From Fibrella musci (lineage in GTDB: Bacteria > Bacteroidota > Bacteroidia > Cytophagales > Spirosomataceae), in assembly GCF_041321105.1 (NCBI RefSeq), contig NZ_JBGGWD010000005.1, forward strand, positions 8,544 to 72,543: 64,000 nt of DNA, given 5' to 3'. The notes below the pieces were generated by a model. The model was not told the origin of the DNA. It made no database searches and worked only from the letters and a program-made list of their open reading frames with translations. Shown here one piece after another: positions 1-10,300 of this stretch (position 1 is its first letter; each line of letters opens with the position of its first letter). Position numbers and translations under genes: made by a program.

Positions 1-132
1 GAAGGTTTTCCCTGCGCATCGAGTATTTTGTATGTGTACTTCAGAGAGGTGGCGGCAGGGTTATCGGTCGAATCACCACAACTAAATGCCATCAGCAAAA
101 CTGTTGTACATAGGCCTGTGACTAAGGATATC
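1..132 (-). CDS. Lipoprotein, N-terminal 44 codons only; the gene continues past the window start.
   Basis: Reverse translation from the ATG at 130-132 gives MKKISLVTGLCTTVLLMAFSCGDS, a signal peptide with an AFSC lipobox. Confidence 0.5.
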
Positions 133-374
133 TTCTTCATAGCGTATAACATTGAAATTTGAACATTAAGCACATTAATTAGTACTAATTTGCCAGTTAG
201 TTACAATTATCAATATTTCCACGCATATGGTGTCACCAAAATGAATAATACATTGACTGAATTTATTAAGCGGTAAATATCATCCTATGTAGTAAAGTTT
301 CATAGAAGGTCAACACAGACAGATTAAGAGATTATCATTTTCATTATCAATCATTTACCTCGTCGATCTGATGG

Positions 375-641
375 TTATAAAGTAACGAAGCGATTAGAAT
401 CTAGTGAAGTCGGGGTTGTATTAAGGAGTACGTTAGTCGCCACGTCACAATACAGTGTCACCGTGCCGGTATAGCCATACCGGTTTTCCACGATGCCATA
501 CTCTAATTGATAAGTCATGTAAGGTTCGCGAAAAGGCCGGCTTTCGACTTTAGCGGCTTCTTTCTCTGCCTTTTTCCGGTAGAGCATGATGGTCACCCAG
601 GCATCTTGCTCAAACTGTCCCGTCGAGCGCAAAAGCGACAT
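375..641 (-). CDS. hypothetical protein (88 aa)
   Basis: ORF on the same strand as the replication module, with no recognisable motif. Confidence 0.3.
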   Translation of the reverse strand: MSLLRSTGQFEQDAWVTIMLYRKKAEKEAAKVESRPFREPYMTYQLEYGIVENRYGYTGTVTLYCDVATNVLLNTTPTSLDSNRFVTL

Positions 642-677
642 GCGGTTTCGCTAAGCATTACAGCTAGGATAAAGCTA

Positions 678-1322
678 TTATTTGGACTTCAATTCATCTA
701 TCTTCTGTCTGGCTTCAAGCAGTGCTTTCTCGATTGGCGTGATATCAACTAGATTAATGGCTCCGAATGAACGGTGGAAGCGATCCGTGTAATACGGATT
801 GGCGTCCAAATACCATTTTACCTTTCCCTCCTCCACAAAGTAACCAACTCGAACGGCATGATACGTGGCATATCGACTCTCGGTATAGCTTGCTTTCTCA
901 CGCATCGACAGCTCGACATTGTTCTTTAATAGTTTGATGGCCTGTTGCATTTCTACGTTTTCGTTATAACTCAGCGAAAACAAGGGACCTTGTGGATCAA
1001 CCGATTGATACTTATCGAACAGATGGAAATACCGAGTCGCCCCATCCACGGTTACTTTCCGAATGCGATTATAAAGCCGGTTCATCCCCATTGCAATGGA
1101 TGGTAACTGGTAGTCGGTGAGGGTTACCATCCGGCCTTGTTGCGCACTAAACTGATCTAAGCTAACGGTATCGGTTGGCAGTGTTTGCTGGGCAACTGAC
1201 CCCAAATTCAGGCTGAATAGGAAGGCAAGCAGTAATAACGTCGTTTTCATTTGTGAGGAGAAGATGAGTTGCTCTTCTTGGCAAACTAACCGATTCGCAC
1301 CAAACAAAAAATCACCATACAC
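678..1322 (-). CDS. Secreted hypothetical protein (214 aa)
   Basis: N-terminal signal peptide MKTTLLLLAFLFSLNLGSVAQQ; no recognised catalytic motif. Confidence 0.5.
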   Translation of the reverse strand: MYGDFLFGANRLVCQEEQLIFSSQMKTTLLLLAFLFSLNLGSVAQQTLPTDTVSLDQFSAQQGRMVTLTDYQLPSIAMGMNRLYNRIRKVTVDGATRYFHLFDKYQSVDPQGPLFSLSYNENVEMQQAIKLLKNNVELSMREKASYTESRYATYHAVRVGYFVEEGKVKWYLDANPYYTDRFHRSFGAINLVDITPIEKALLEARQKIDELKSK

Positions 1323-1442
1323 CCCGCAGAAGGATTAGATTTCGTAAACAGCAGAAACCTAGCAACGTGCAGCCAGATTAGGAAACAGGGTTATCCGTTG
1401 TTTACCTTTCAGCAGCTCGATCCGTCTGTAAAATAGCACTGG

Positions 1443-3296
1443 CTAGAAAGGGACAGGTTTTGTGTCCGGTAGTAACCGGTGGGCATTGCTAAAGCGGTCC
1501 GCTGAATCCTGAACCAGTGGTCGATTACTCCAGACCGAGGGCGGCAGCACCTGATTGACGTCCATAGGCATTGTTATCTGATTACCTTGACGGCCTAACT
1601 CGGATTCATAAGCCAATCCCGGCTCCTGGTAGCGGCCCGTTGACACGTCAAAGCGAAACGTGGCTAGCCCCAGCTTGCCATTGTAAAATAACTTCACTTT
1701 TTGCACGTGTACGTCAGTAGTATTGTCTTCGTAGTTACGGTAAATGCAAAGACCATTATCCGTTTTGCTGAAGAAATTAGCCGAACCGGCGATAGTGTAG
1801 AGGTTAGGAACCGGATACTTGCCTTTTTCCTTGGTTAGCTTAGTGGGGTGAGCTACAAAAAATACATGCACACCGTGGGTCTTGGCGAAGCGCGTTAGCT
1901 TCTGCATTACCTCACTGACGTACTCCCCTTCGGTTTGGTGTTCGCCGCGTCGATGCTCGATGCAGTTATAAGGGCCGATGGCGAAGTACTCGATGCCCTT
2001 ACGCAGTACCAACTCGGTAGCTTTACCGATCAGGCCGTCAATGGTCAGATCCGCCGTCTGATTGTCAATGACGAACAGGTGCTTACTCAAAAACTTATAA
2101 GCCGCATCCTTCTGAGCTAAATTCATCTTCTGAGCCGGGTCTTTGTGAGTGAAGGGTAGCCCTACGTATTTCTGCGCGTATTTGATCTGAATCGTCGGCG
2201 CTTCTTCCTCGAAGTTGAATACCGCCGCCCTGGCGCCGTAGCGAGCCATCTTACGTACCAGCAATTGACCAATGAACTCGTCTTTACCATGGCCAGGGAT
2301 GCCCGTCACCATCGTCACCTCACCGGGGGCAATGTTCAGCAGTCGGTCGAACTCGTCATAGCCCACCGGTTGAGGGGCTGGCCAGCCATGTTCGTAGATG
2401 GCCTCCAGCTCCTCGAATGTATCTTCAAGGGTCATTACGTTCTCCAGCTTGGGAGCCACCGCATTCTTGTAAAGTGCCCGCACGGCCTCGGGCCCATACT
2501 TAAGCCACACCTCATTGGCATCTTTGCAACCTTCTGGATATTCAACCAGCCAACACCGATGCTTACCTAAGCGCCGGATCAGTTCCTGCTTGAGAAACTG
2601 TCCCGCTTCGTCACCATCGACGGCGATGGTGATCTTCTCCAAATGCACGAAGGCATCGGCACAGTTGTCGAGGTATTCTAGCTTAGCACTGCCCTTCGAG
2701 GCACCGTTTGGCACCGATACGGCCCCGTAGTAGCCCGATTGGTAGAAGGTCATACAGTCGATCTCACCTTCACAGATCAGGGCGTCGGTGCGGTCCCTGA
2801 GTGCGTCCAGGTTGTAGAAGATCAGTTCGGCATCCTTAGTCATCCGAAAGCACTTCAGCGCATCGCGGTATTTGATGTTGATCTTTTCGCGGTTGCGGAA
2901 ATAATTGAAGTTAATGCAGGTTCGTGTGCCGGCAGGCGTATCTCCCTTAGCTGGCATCCAGTCCTGCGACTCCGAGACGCGAAAATACTGTAACGTCTCG
3001 GGAGTGATGCCCCGCTGACCAAACCACTCGATCATCCGCTCGCCCATGGGTAATTCGGGCACCGTCGGTTTCTGGTACTGCTGTTGACGATGTAACTGTC
3101 GCTGATCTTCCTCGGGGCTGGTGACGTGCCCTTTCCAGCCACAGTGGTGGCAGTTGTATATGCCTTTAGGTAAGTTGACCGATAGCGACTTATCCGCCTT
3201 ATTGTGGCGTTGCTGACTACAGGCGGGGCATTTCACTTTCTGGTTGGTAGGGCCATGCAGGCGAACGGCGATACCCAGATCATTGTAAGTAGGCAT
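1443..3296 (-). CDS. Bifunctional DNA primase/helicase (CHC2 zinc finger, TOPRIM, P-loop NTPase), P4-alpha/phage-plasmid type
   Basis: CPACSQQRH...NCHHCGW zinc-binding motif, TOPRIM-like LICEGEIDCMTF, and P-loop-like VTGIPGHGKDEF in the C-terminal half. Confidence 0.75.
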   Translation of the reverse strand: MPTYNDLGIAVRLHGPTNQKVKCPACSQQRHNKADKSLSVNLPKGIYNCHHCGWKGHVTSPEEDQRQLHRQQQYQKPTVPELPMGERMIEWFGQRGITPETLQYFRVSESQDWMPAKGDTPAGTRTCINFNYFRNREKINIKYRDALKCFRMTKDAELIFYNLDALRDRTDALICEGEIDCMTFYQSGYYGAVSVPNGASKGSAKLEYLDNCADAFVHLEKITIAVDGDEAGQFLKQELIRRLGKHRCWLVEYPEGCKDANEVWLKYGPEAVRALYKNAVAPKLENVMTLEDTFEELEAIYEHGWPAPQPVGYDEFDRLLNIAPGEVTMVTGIPGHGKDEFIGQLLVRKMARYGARAAVFNFEEEAPTIQIKYAQKYVGLPFTHKDPAQKMNLAQKDAAYKFLSKHLFVIDNQTADLTIDGLIGKATELVLRKGIEYFAIGPYNCIEHRRGEHQTEGEYVSEVMQKLTRFAKTHGVHVFFVAHPTKLTKEKGKYPVPNLYTIAGSANFFSKTDNGLCIYRNYEDNTTDVHVQKVKLFYNGKLGLATFRFDVSTGRYQEPGLAYESELGRQGNQITMPMDVNQVLPPSVWSNRPLVQDSADRFSNAHRLLPDTKPVPF

Positions 3297-3302
3297 AGGA
3301 CG

Positions 3303-3809
3303 TTAGACGACAAACGTTCGTTGACCGATTGGCTTTAAGCCTGTCGTAGCCGAGGAGTATTCATTTTCAAACGCACGATCCCTCAACCAGCGTTCGGGAT
3401 CTTTGCGGTACTGCGCGTCGGGCTGATGAGCAAGGTAATCCGGCAGCACAACAGTGGCTTTGTGGCGGTCCTTCTGGCACAATTTGGTCCATTGCTGGAA
3501 CGCCTTCTTCTTATTGGCCGACCGTTTGTCGTATTGCTGCCAGAAGGCCTCAAACTCATCATTGTATCCGCCCTGTTGTTTCGAATCAGGCGTATTCGCC
3601 AGTTCGACAGAACCGGCAAGAGATGACACTCCAGTGTCTTTCCCTTTAGGAGATACGTTAGTATCTCTTTCCTTTTCCTTTTGTGTACTTTTCCAGTAGT
3701 ATTCCACTGGAAAACATTGGGATAACTTAGTTATAAGTCTTGACAGTGGGAATTCAGCCCCTGAGGCTAGTTCGATGAGGTTTATCTTACCGCTTGTGAG
3801 TCTTGTCAC
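3303..3809 (-). CDS. hypothetical protein (168 aa), first gene of the primase operon
   Basis: Co-directional with the primase gene and separated from it by 6 bp. Confidence 0.45.
   Translation of the reverse strand: MTRLTSGKINLIELASGAEFPLSRLITKLSQCFPVEYYWKSTQKEKERDTNVSPKGKDTGVSSLAGSVELANTPDSKQQGGYNDEFEAFWQQYDKRSANKKKAFQQWTKLCQKDRHKATVVLPDYLAHQPDAQYRKDPERWLRDRAFENEYSSATTGLKPIGQRTFVV
3689..3714. promoter_or_regulatory. Palindrome TTTTCCAGT-N8-ACTGGAAAA
   Basis: Perfect 9-bp inverted arms. Related to the TTTTCC..GGAAAA sites downstream. Confidence 0.45.
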
Positions 3810-3923
3810 AGACTATCTTTTTCAGTCTTTCAACGGCGCGTTCACTCTAAAAAGCTGCGTAAAAGCATTTGATAGTTTCGTGTTCCAGTGATTCGTCCCG
3901 CATATCCATAAGTTAGCGAGCAG

Positions 3924-3951
3924 TTTTCCGATGGAAAATACTTGGAATACC
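3924..3951. repeat. Iteron-like unit 1: palindrome TTTTCCGATGGAAAA followed by GGAATACC
   Basis: Exact 15-bp palindrome, repeated 103 bp downstream. Confidence 0.55.
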
Positions 3952-4026
3952 TCGCATCCCGGTAAAGGTCATCGCTTGATTGCATCAGCAGTTCAACAGC
4001 TTAGTTTTCCTCTGCTTATCCGAAGG

Positions 4027-4055
4027 TTTTCCGATGGAAAACGCCCGGAATACCC
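4027..4055. repeat. Iteron-like unit 2: palindrome TTTTCCGATGGAAAA followed by GGAATACC
   Basis: Identical 15-bp palindrome plus a GGAATACC tail. Lies in the noncoding leader upstream of the primase operon. Confidence 0.55.
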
Positions 4056-4333
4056 AAGCAGTGAACGCAGTTGCCTCTGCAACCTGCTTCTGGCTATGGC
4101 ATCCTGTGGATTTTCTGTGACAGAAACCCTCGTTTCCTCCCAGCTTCTGCGTCAGAAACTAGGCACAGGATGCCCTGCTCTTGATGCGTTAGCCAAGACG
4201 GTTACTCACACCGCAGCCCCACCTTCTAATAACTATTGGTTGGCCCGAAGCCCTCGAATGTTGTAAAAGCCGTTTAATTCCGTCCCAAATACGGGATAAC
4301 TATCCTAGGTTATTACCGGCTTGCATCGTCCTT

Positions 4334-5125
4334 TTGACGATTGAACTTCAACCTCCACACCTTATGGTACCAAGTCGCTTACTGTTGCTACTTGTGAATC
4401 TCGCCCTCATCAGCCTGGCCTGTGATAGAAAGAAGCAAGAGCCGTCTACGCCTGCCCCCAGCCAGCATCTCTGTACGATGATGGGCCAAATCGAGCCCGA
4501 TCAGACACTTACTGGTGAATCCACACTGCTATGGCCCAAAAAGCGGATCGAGGTCTACTTTATGGATGATGATGGGCAGGTTCGAGATCGGGTCTTGGCT
4601 ATCGCCAATGCCTGGAAGCCATTCTCCGGCGTTCAATTTGTTCGTTCGTTCGATCAGAGCACATCCGATATTCGGGTATCCTTTCGAACTGACGGATGGT
4701 GGTCCTACATCGGAACGATGTCAACTGAAGTAGGCAAAGACTCAGCGACCCTATCCCTAGATAGCCTGTACTTATACCCCCCTGATAAATTTAGAAGCAT
4801 CGTCTTACACGAGTTTGGTCACAGCCTAGGATTACTGCACGAACATCAGCATCCGTTTCTTGAGATCGACTGGGATCTGCCTGCTCTGTATAAATACTAC
4901 GAGGATGAATATGGTGTCGATACGACTTGGGTGAAGGAAAATGTAATCCACAAATACGAGAGTTTGACCGGCATTTATTGCGAACCGGATCTAAAGTCCA
5001 TCATGCTTTATAAGATCCCCCCTGGTCTAACAAAAAACGCCATTGTCGCACCGGAGCCTCTGGATTTATCCGTATTAGACAAAAAATACATCCGCATCAT
5101 CTATGCAGGTGGCACCTGTAATTAA
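4334..5125 (+). CDS. Astacin-like (M12A-type) zinc metalloprotease, lipoprotein
   Basis: HEFGHSLGLLHEH matches HExxHxxGxxHE, with a SIMLY Met-turn. N-terminal signal with LISLAC lipobox. Confidence 0.7.
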   Translation: MTIELQPPHLMVPSRLLLLLVNLALISLACDRKKQEPSTPAPSQHLCTMMGQIEPDQTLTGESTLLWPKKRIEVYFMDDDGQVRDRVLAIANAWKPFSGVQFVRSFDQSTSDIRVSFRTDGWWSYIGTMSTEVGKDSATLSLDSLYLYPPDKFRSIVLHEFGHSLGLLHEHQHPFLEIDWDLPALYKYYEDEYGVDTTWVKENVIHKYESLTGIYCEPDLKSIMLYKIPPGLTKNAIVAPEPLDLSVLDKKYIRIIYAGGTCN

Positions 5126-5142
5126 CCTAAATCGACTTAACC

Positions 5143-6705
5143 ATGAAACGTCTACTCTTCTTGGCCCTGCTTACAGCTTTATACAGCTGCAAATCATCAC
5201 AGGTTGGTAAAAGTAAAACTAGCAATAATGATCAATCGGGTACAATCCAAGAGGAAGCAGCGGCAAACGACCCATCACAGGTACAAACGAAGTCCCTAAT
5301 TGAAAATGCGCTGATAACCGTTGACTTTGCTTCACCTAAGTACCCGCCTGTTATCGCAATAAGACCCAAGCAGACGCTTGAGATCGAGCTAAAAAACCTC
5401 AATCCATATCTATATGAAGTTTCAGTAAAAGACTCCTTGCTGGTGTTTCAAACCGAGCAGCCGGCTCTATTTGGCCAAATCTTCAAGTTACCGGAGTTAG
5501 AAGCAACCCCTACCGAGACCCCACCCGCCAACGATAAAGTAGCTGGAAAAGCCCCAGATCCTAATTCTTCAGCCAAACGGGCAAAAGAGGATGAAGGTGC
5601 GCTGGAACAGGCTTTGAAGACGTTCCTGGCTGGCTATTCAGGAAAAGAGAACAACGCTAAAGACCTGCTTATTCTGTCCACGATTGCGGATGATATCGGC
5701 AAATTGCTCACCGATTGTTATTCAACCCTGGATGAACTGAAAACTACGGCCAGATCATACATCGTCAGTAAGATCCCGGAACTCGACGTGGCGTCTTTAC
5801 CGATTGGCGTGCAGACCGAGATTACCAACAAGTCGACGGCTTTACGGAATGACTTAGAACGGTATGTGGCGACCGGTACGGATCTTAAGAAGCGGTACCT
5901 TGCTATCTTAGAGCGAGCCGACGGGGATATGACGCTCACTCAATATAAGAGTATTGAAAAAGATGTCAAGGAAAAAATAGCCTTGATCGATAAAATTCTT
6001 GAGAACATAAAGAAGATCCAAGACAAGATAAAAGCATTTGATGAAGCGAATGTCGGCGCTACAATCGAAGAGAACTATAAGAAGATCGCTACGTCCCGCA
6101 CCAATAGAACTATCCTACGCCCCACCAATTACAGTACCGATGAGGTCAATGTCTTCATCCAGGTAAAGAAGAAGAAGGAGGTCTTTTGCAACCCGGAGAT
6201 TAATAGCTTCCCGGTCATCGCCCTTGTTAAGGGTGGGGTAAAAATCGATTTCAGTACAGGCGTCGTCTTCAACATGGGACGTCAGTACTTTTTCAACCAA
6301 AACTATTACTACGACTCTGTGAGACGGGGGGACGGTAAGATGGCGGATAGTGTTCGGATTACCCGTAATCGAAACAACAACATCTTAGTACCATCGATCG
6401 GGGCCTTTCTACATGTATACTCGCGCCTCAACTCACAAGTCAATATTGGCGGTATGGTCGGGGCCAGTTTAGGCGCTGATCAGCGAGCCTACATTCATGT
6501 TGGCGGCTGTTTACTGCTCGGCAAGTCGGATCGCCTGGTCATTGGTGGTGGGGTTTCGATTGCGAACGCCAAGACGTTGGACGGCCAGTATTCAGAAGGG
6601 CAAGTCATTAAACGATCCTTGGCACCGACCCAAATACCAAGGGAGGATGCCACCCGGGTTGGCGCCTTCGTCAGTCTTAGCTGGAACCTGAACCTGGTCA
6701 AATAA
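5143..6705 (+). CDS. Lipoprotein of unknown function (520 aa)
   Basis: Signal peptide with LYSC lipobox. Starts 18 bp downstream of the metzincin gene. Confidence 0.55.
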   Translation: MKRLLFLALLTALYSCKSSQVGKSKTSNNDQSGTIQEEAAANDPSQVQTKSLIENALITVDFASPKYPPVIAIRPKQTLEIELKNLNPYLYEVSVKDSLLVFQTEQPALFGQIFKLPELEATPTETPPANDKVAGKAPDPNSSAKRAKEDEGALEQALKTFLAGYSGKENNAKDLLILSTIADDIGKLLTDCYSTLDELKTTARSYIVSKIPELDVASLPIGVQTEITNKSTALRNDLERYVATGTDLKKRYLAILERADGDMTLTQYKSIEKDVKEKIALIDKILENIKKIQDKIKAFDEANVGATIEENYKKIATSRTNRTILRPTNYSTDEVNVFIQVKKKKEVFCNPEINSFPVIALVKGGVKIDFSTGVVFNMGRQYFFNQNYYYDSVRRGDGKMADSVRITRNRNNNILVPSIGAFLHVYSRLNSQVNIGGMVGASLGADQRAYIHVGGCLLLGKSDRLVIGGGVSIANAKTLDGQYSEGQVIKRSLAPTQIPREDATRVGAFVSLSWNLNLVK

Positions 6706-6846
6706 GTAGGATTGTATGATGTTGCGGGTAGCCAGACAGAACCGCTCAGAACGGGCAAGCATACGAAATGGTGAGTCTTCTTAACAATGGTATTTATATA
6801 CTACATTTGTTAATAGTGTTATTCACTACCACCATTCACTTTCTTC

Positions 6847-7236
6847 ATGTCTGCTTCGCCCTACTCAATGACCGATGCCATTGCCCTGATGGATGAATGC
6901 CAGCGCAACTTTATCGCCAACCAAGCCCTGCTGCTCGATCTGCAACAGACCGATTCGTTGTACGATCAGTTGCTGACCCTGCCCCTCGATGAACTGGGCC
7001 GAAGCCTCAACACAGCCACCCTCGACTCGCTGCAACGGTCGTATCGTAACGGCATGGACATCATTCAGACGCAGCATCGGATGTTGCAGGTACTGGACTC
7101 GGTTAGGATGAGTGATCAGATCCTGCTGGGCTTTGATCTCCGGGAGTCTGCCCGCACGATCATCCGCCTGGCGACCGATCTATGGGAAAAGCAGGCGATT
7201 CTCCTCGCTCGCTTTGGGCGATGTCACAGCCTGTAA
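6847..7236 (+). CDS. hypothetical protein (129 aa)
   Basis: ORF ending at a strong bidirectional terminator. Confidence 0.4.
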   Translation: MSASPYSMTDAIALMDECQRNFIANQALLLDLQQTDSLYDQLLTLPLDELGRSLNTATLDSLQRSYRNGMDIIQTQHRMLQVLDSVRMSDQILLGFDLRESARTIIRLATDLWEKQAILLARFGRCHSL

Positions 7237-7279
7237 TGAAACAGCCCCTGTCAATTCGCTTGACAGGGGCTGTTTCATT
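7235..7279. terminator. Bidirectional intrinsic terminator, 20-bp perfect stem with a 5-nt loop
   Basis: AATGAAACAGCCCCTGTCAA-TTCGC-TTGACAGGGGCTGTTTCATT, placed between convergent genes. Confidence 0.7.
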
Positions 7280-7304
7280 AAGTAGAGTCTACTCCGGCCG
7301 CCGA

Positions 7305-10300
7305 TTAACTCCGACGGGACAGGTTCTGATAGTAACGAGTGATGCCATTGGGCCCAGCCTCTGACTCGGCAAAGCCGTTGCGGTCGATGTTAATGTTGAC
7401 CTGCTTCAACTGACGCAGTTGCTGACTCATCTGGTCCAACCGTTCTAAAAGCTGCTGATTCAGTTCCTGCTGCATGCTGACCGTTTCGGGGGCAACACCG
7501 GACGACAGTGCACTCGGCACCTGCATGGGGGGCAGGTAGATGTCCGTCCAGGGCCTGAGGATCGGCATGGTCAGTTGAGGCATCGACGGTGCCGGCAGCA
7601 GCAGGCGTTGTACCAGCTCGCGGTTAGTGACGTCGCCGTAGAGCCGACGGATGGCCGCGGACTCCTCGATGCTGAACACCCGTTCGCCTTTGGTGAGCCA
7701 CACTGGCACGGTATCGATCCCATCCGGATAGCGCGGGTCATCGACGTAATCCGTCCCCTTGGCGTATTTCTGACCCGTTTCCAGATCATAAGCGTCGGCG
7801 TAGTTAAAAAAGCCATTGACTGTTCTGCCCCCCGTATCAGTCGCGTAGCCGTCGATGGCTTCGGGCCGGTTGGCGTTGTAGAGCAGGTAGACCTTCCGTA
7901 CGCTCCCGTCAGGACGTTTGACGTAAATCTCACCCCGATAGCTCCCGTCACCCGTCCGCAGGCTATCGAGCACCGTGTTCATCTCCACCCAGTTCCCCCC
8001 ACTATCAAAGCCTGAACCCCGCACGGCGCCGTTGGCCGTGTAGGTACTGTTGCGATCAAACGACTTGCCACCTAACTCCCCGATGTAGGCGTTCAGTTCG
8101 TTAATCAGACCGCCGTTCCCGCCCCGCGCTTTCAATTTGGCGACCTCGATTTGCAGCTCAGTAATGGCCATATTTTTACGGGCATTGAACAGATTACGCT
8201 CCGCCTCGTAGGTTGCGTTGGCGTACTCGGTGTTGGCTAATCGACGTTGGTAGGCGGTGTTCACCTCATTATCCTTCAACTGGTTCTGGTACTTCAGAAT
8301 CGTTGCGGTCAGTTCGGCCTGAAGCGCTTCAATCTTGGTCTTGGTCTCCGTTTCCAGCGTCTTGATCCGGCTTTTCAGCTCCGTCTCTTTGGTTTCGTAG
8401 TCCGTGCGGTAGGTGTCGAGGGTTGTTTTAAGTTGGGTCTTCAGCGCCTCAGTTTCCTCCTTCTGGCGTTTTTCCAGTTCCAGTACCTTCTGAGTCTCCT
8501 CTTCCTTAAGTTTTTCGGTGAGGTCTTTCTCCTCCTCTTTAAGCTGCTTACTGACCAGTGTATTCGCCTTCGACTTGTCAAGCTTTGCATCCTCCACGTC
8601 TTTGTGGACCTGCTGAATCCGCTTCTCGTACTCATTAACGACGCGCGCCTTTTCGGCCTCATCGGTGAGGGTGGCGAGTATCCGATCACGCTGCGCAATC
8701 AGTTTATCAGTCTCTGTGGTGCGGTAGCGTTCGAGCGCCTCGTCACGCAGCCGGTCGATAATACCCGTGGCCTCCAACTCATCGGCCTTTGACTGTTCGA
8801 CCAACGATTTTCGATACTCATACGCATCACGCACCGCCTGTTTCTCGGCCTCATACCGGTCATTGATCTGTTGTAGGGCCCGGTCGTACTCCTCCTGGGC
8901 TAGATCACGCTTCTGATCGTAGGCATCCTTCAAGACCGCTAATTGGGCCTCGATGGCTTCCTTCTGTTTGTCCCGCTCCCCTTCGAGTAGCTCTTTCTGC
9001 TGCTCAAAGGCCTCTTTGGCTAAATCAATGGCTTTCTCGGTTCGGTCTTTCTCGGCTTCGTAGGCTTCTTCGATCTGCTTCAACCGCAATTCATGCACTT
9101 CCTTAAGCTCCGCCTTTTCCAACTCCAACTGTTCGATGCGCTCCCGCAGGCCCTTGGTTTGGTTGAAGCGACGCACCTCATCCAGCGTTTGCATGACCTT
9201 AGCCTCATCATCCATGTCTGAAGCCCTGATCTCGGCGATCTTCTGGATGAAGGCTAAATAATCATCCGTACGCCGTTGGTAGGCCGCTACTTCCTTCTCC
9301 TGCCGATAGAAGTTGCGCACCAGCTCAATCTGCTCATCATAGGTCCGTTCGGTCAGGGCAAGCTGCTCATCCAGATAATCCCGGTTTTGCTGACGGGAAG
9401 CCTTGTAGAACTCATCCAGAATGTCGCGGGTACGCCCGGCGGCTTCGGCGGTGGCCTGCCACTTGGCTCGTTCGGCCGCATTGAACATCTCGACCAGTTG
9501 GGTTACCAGTTGATAACCCATCGAAATCAGGCCCAACGTGGCCTGGGTCGAGGCGGTGGCGACTTGACTCACCGTTGCCTGATTGTCAGCCACGTTCTTC
9601 TTGGCCGCGGCCACGACCCCTTCCTGCGCCTTGATCTGCTGGGCATCGCCTGTTTTGTAGACCTCGAACAGCTTGGTCATCGCCCCCTCGTAAACCGATG
9701 TAGCGCCCTGTAAGTTGGCTTTGGCGACCTCTAGGGACTTACCCGACAGGGCATCCCAATCCGCGAACGTCTTCTTAGCTAGCCCGGCAATCGACCCCAT
9801 AAGCCCTGACTGCTGGGCCACCAGATCCACCACCAGGCCGAACACCTGTTTACGGCCTTCGATCTCATCGGCCATGTTCTTTTTCTTGATCTGGGCCGTT
9901 TCACGCTCGGCCTGCTCGATCTCCTGCTGCAACTCCCGGATGTCCTTTTTCCGCTCGGCGTTGGCCTCCTTTTCGGCTTTGAGTCGGGCCTGTTCCTGCT
10001 GCTTGCGGTCTTTGGTGGTCCACACCTGCAGGGCCGCAATGGCTTCCGCCGCTTCTTTTTCGATGCCCTGTTCCTGTTCCACCACATCCATCAGCACGTC
10101 GAGCTGATCCGCCCGTAGTTGGGCCCGCTTCTGTTCGTACTTCTCATGGATGGCAATCAACTGGGCCTTCACCGCCTCCTCAAATTGCTTTTCAACACCG
10201 AACGCGGCCTTCTTGGATACAATGCGTTTATTGGCCGCATCCATCTCAGCCCGCTCCTGCGCGGCCATCGCGGCCAGTTGCTGCTCATACGACCGGGCAA

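Noticed and set aside
3931-4266. 111-aa + strand ORF starting inside the TTTTCCGATGGAAAA palindrome
   Set aside because: The two repeat copies fall in different reading frames of this ORF, so the repeats are DNA-level sites. The ORF lies in the promoter/iteron leader of the divergent replication operon.
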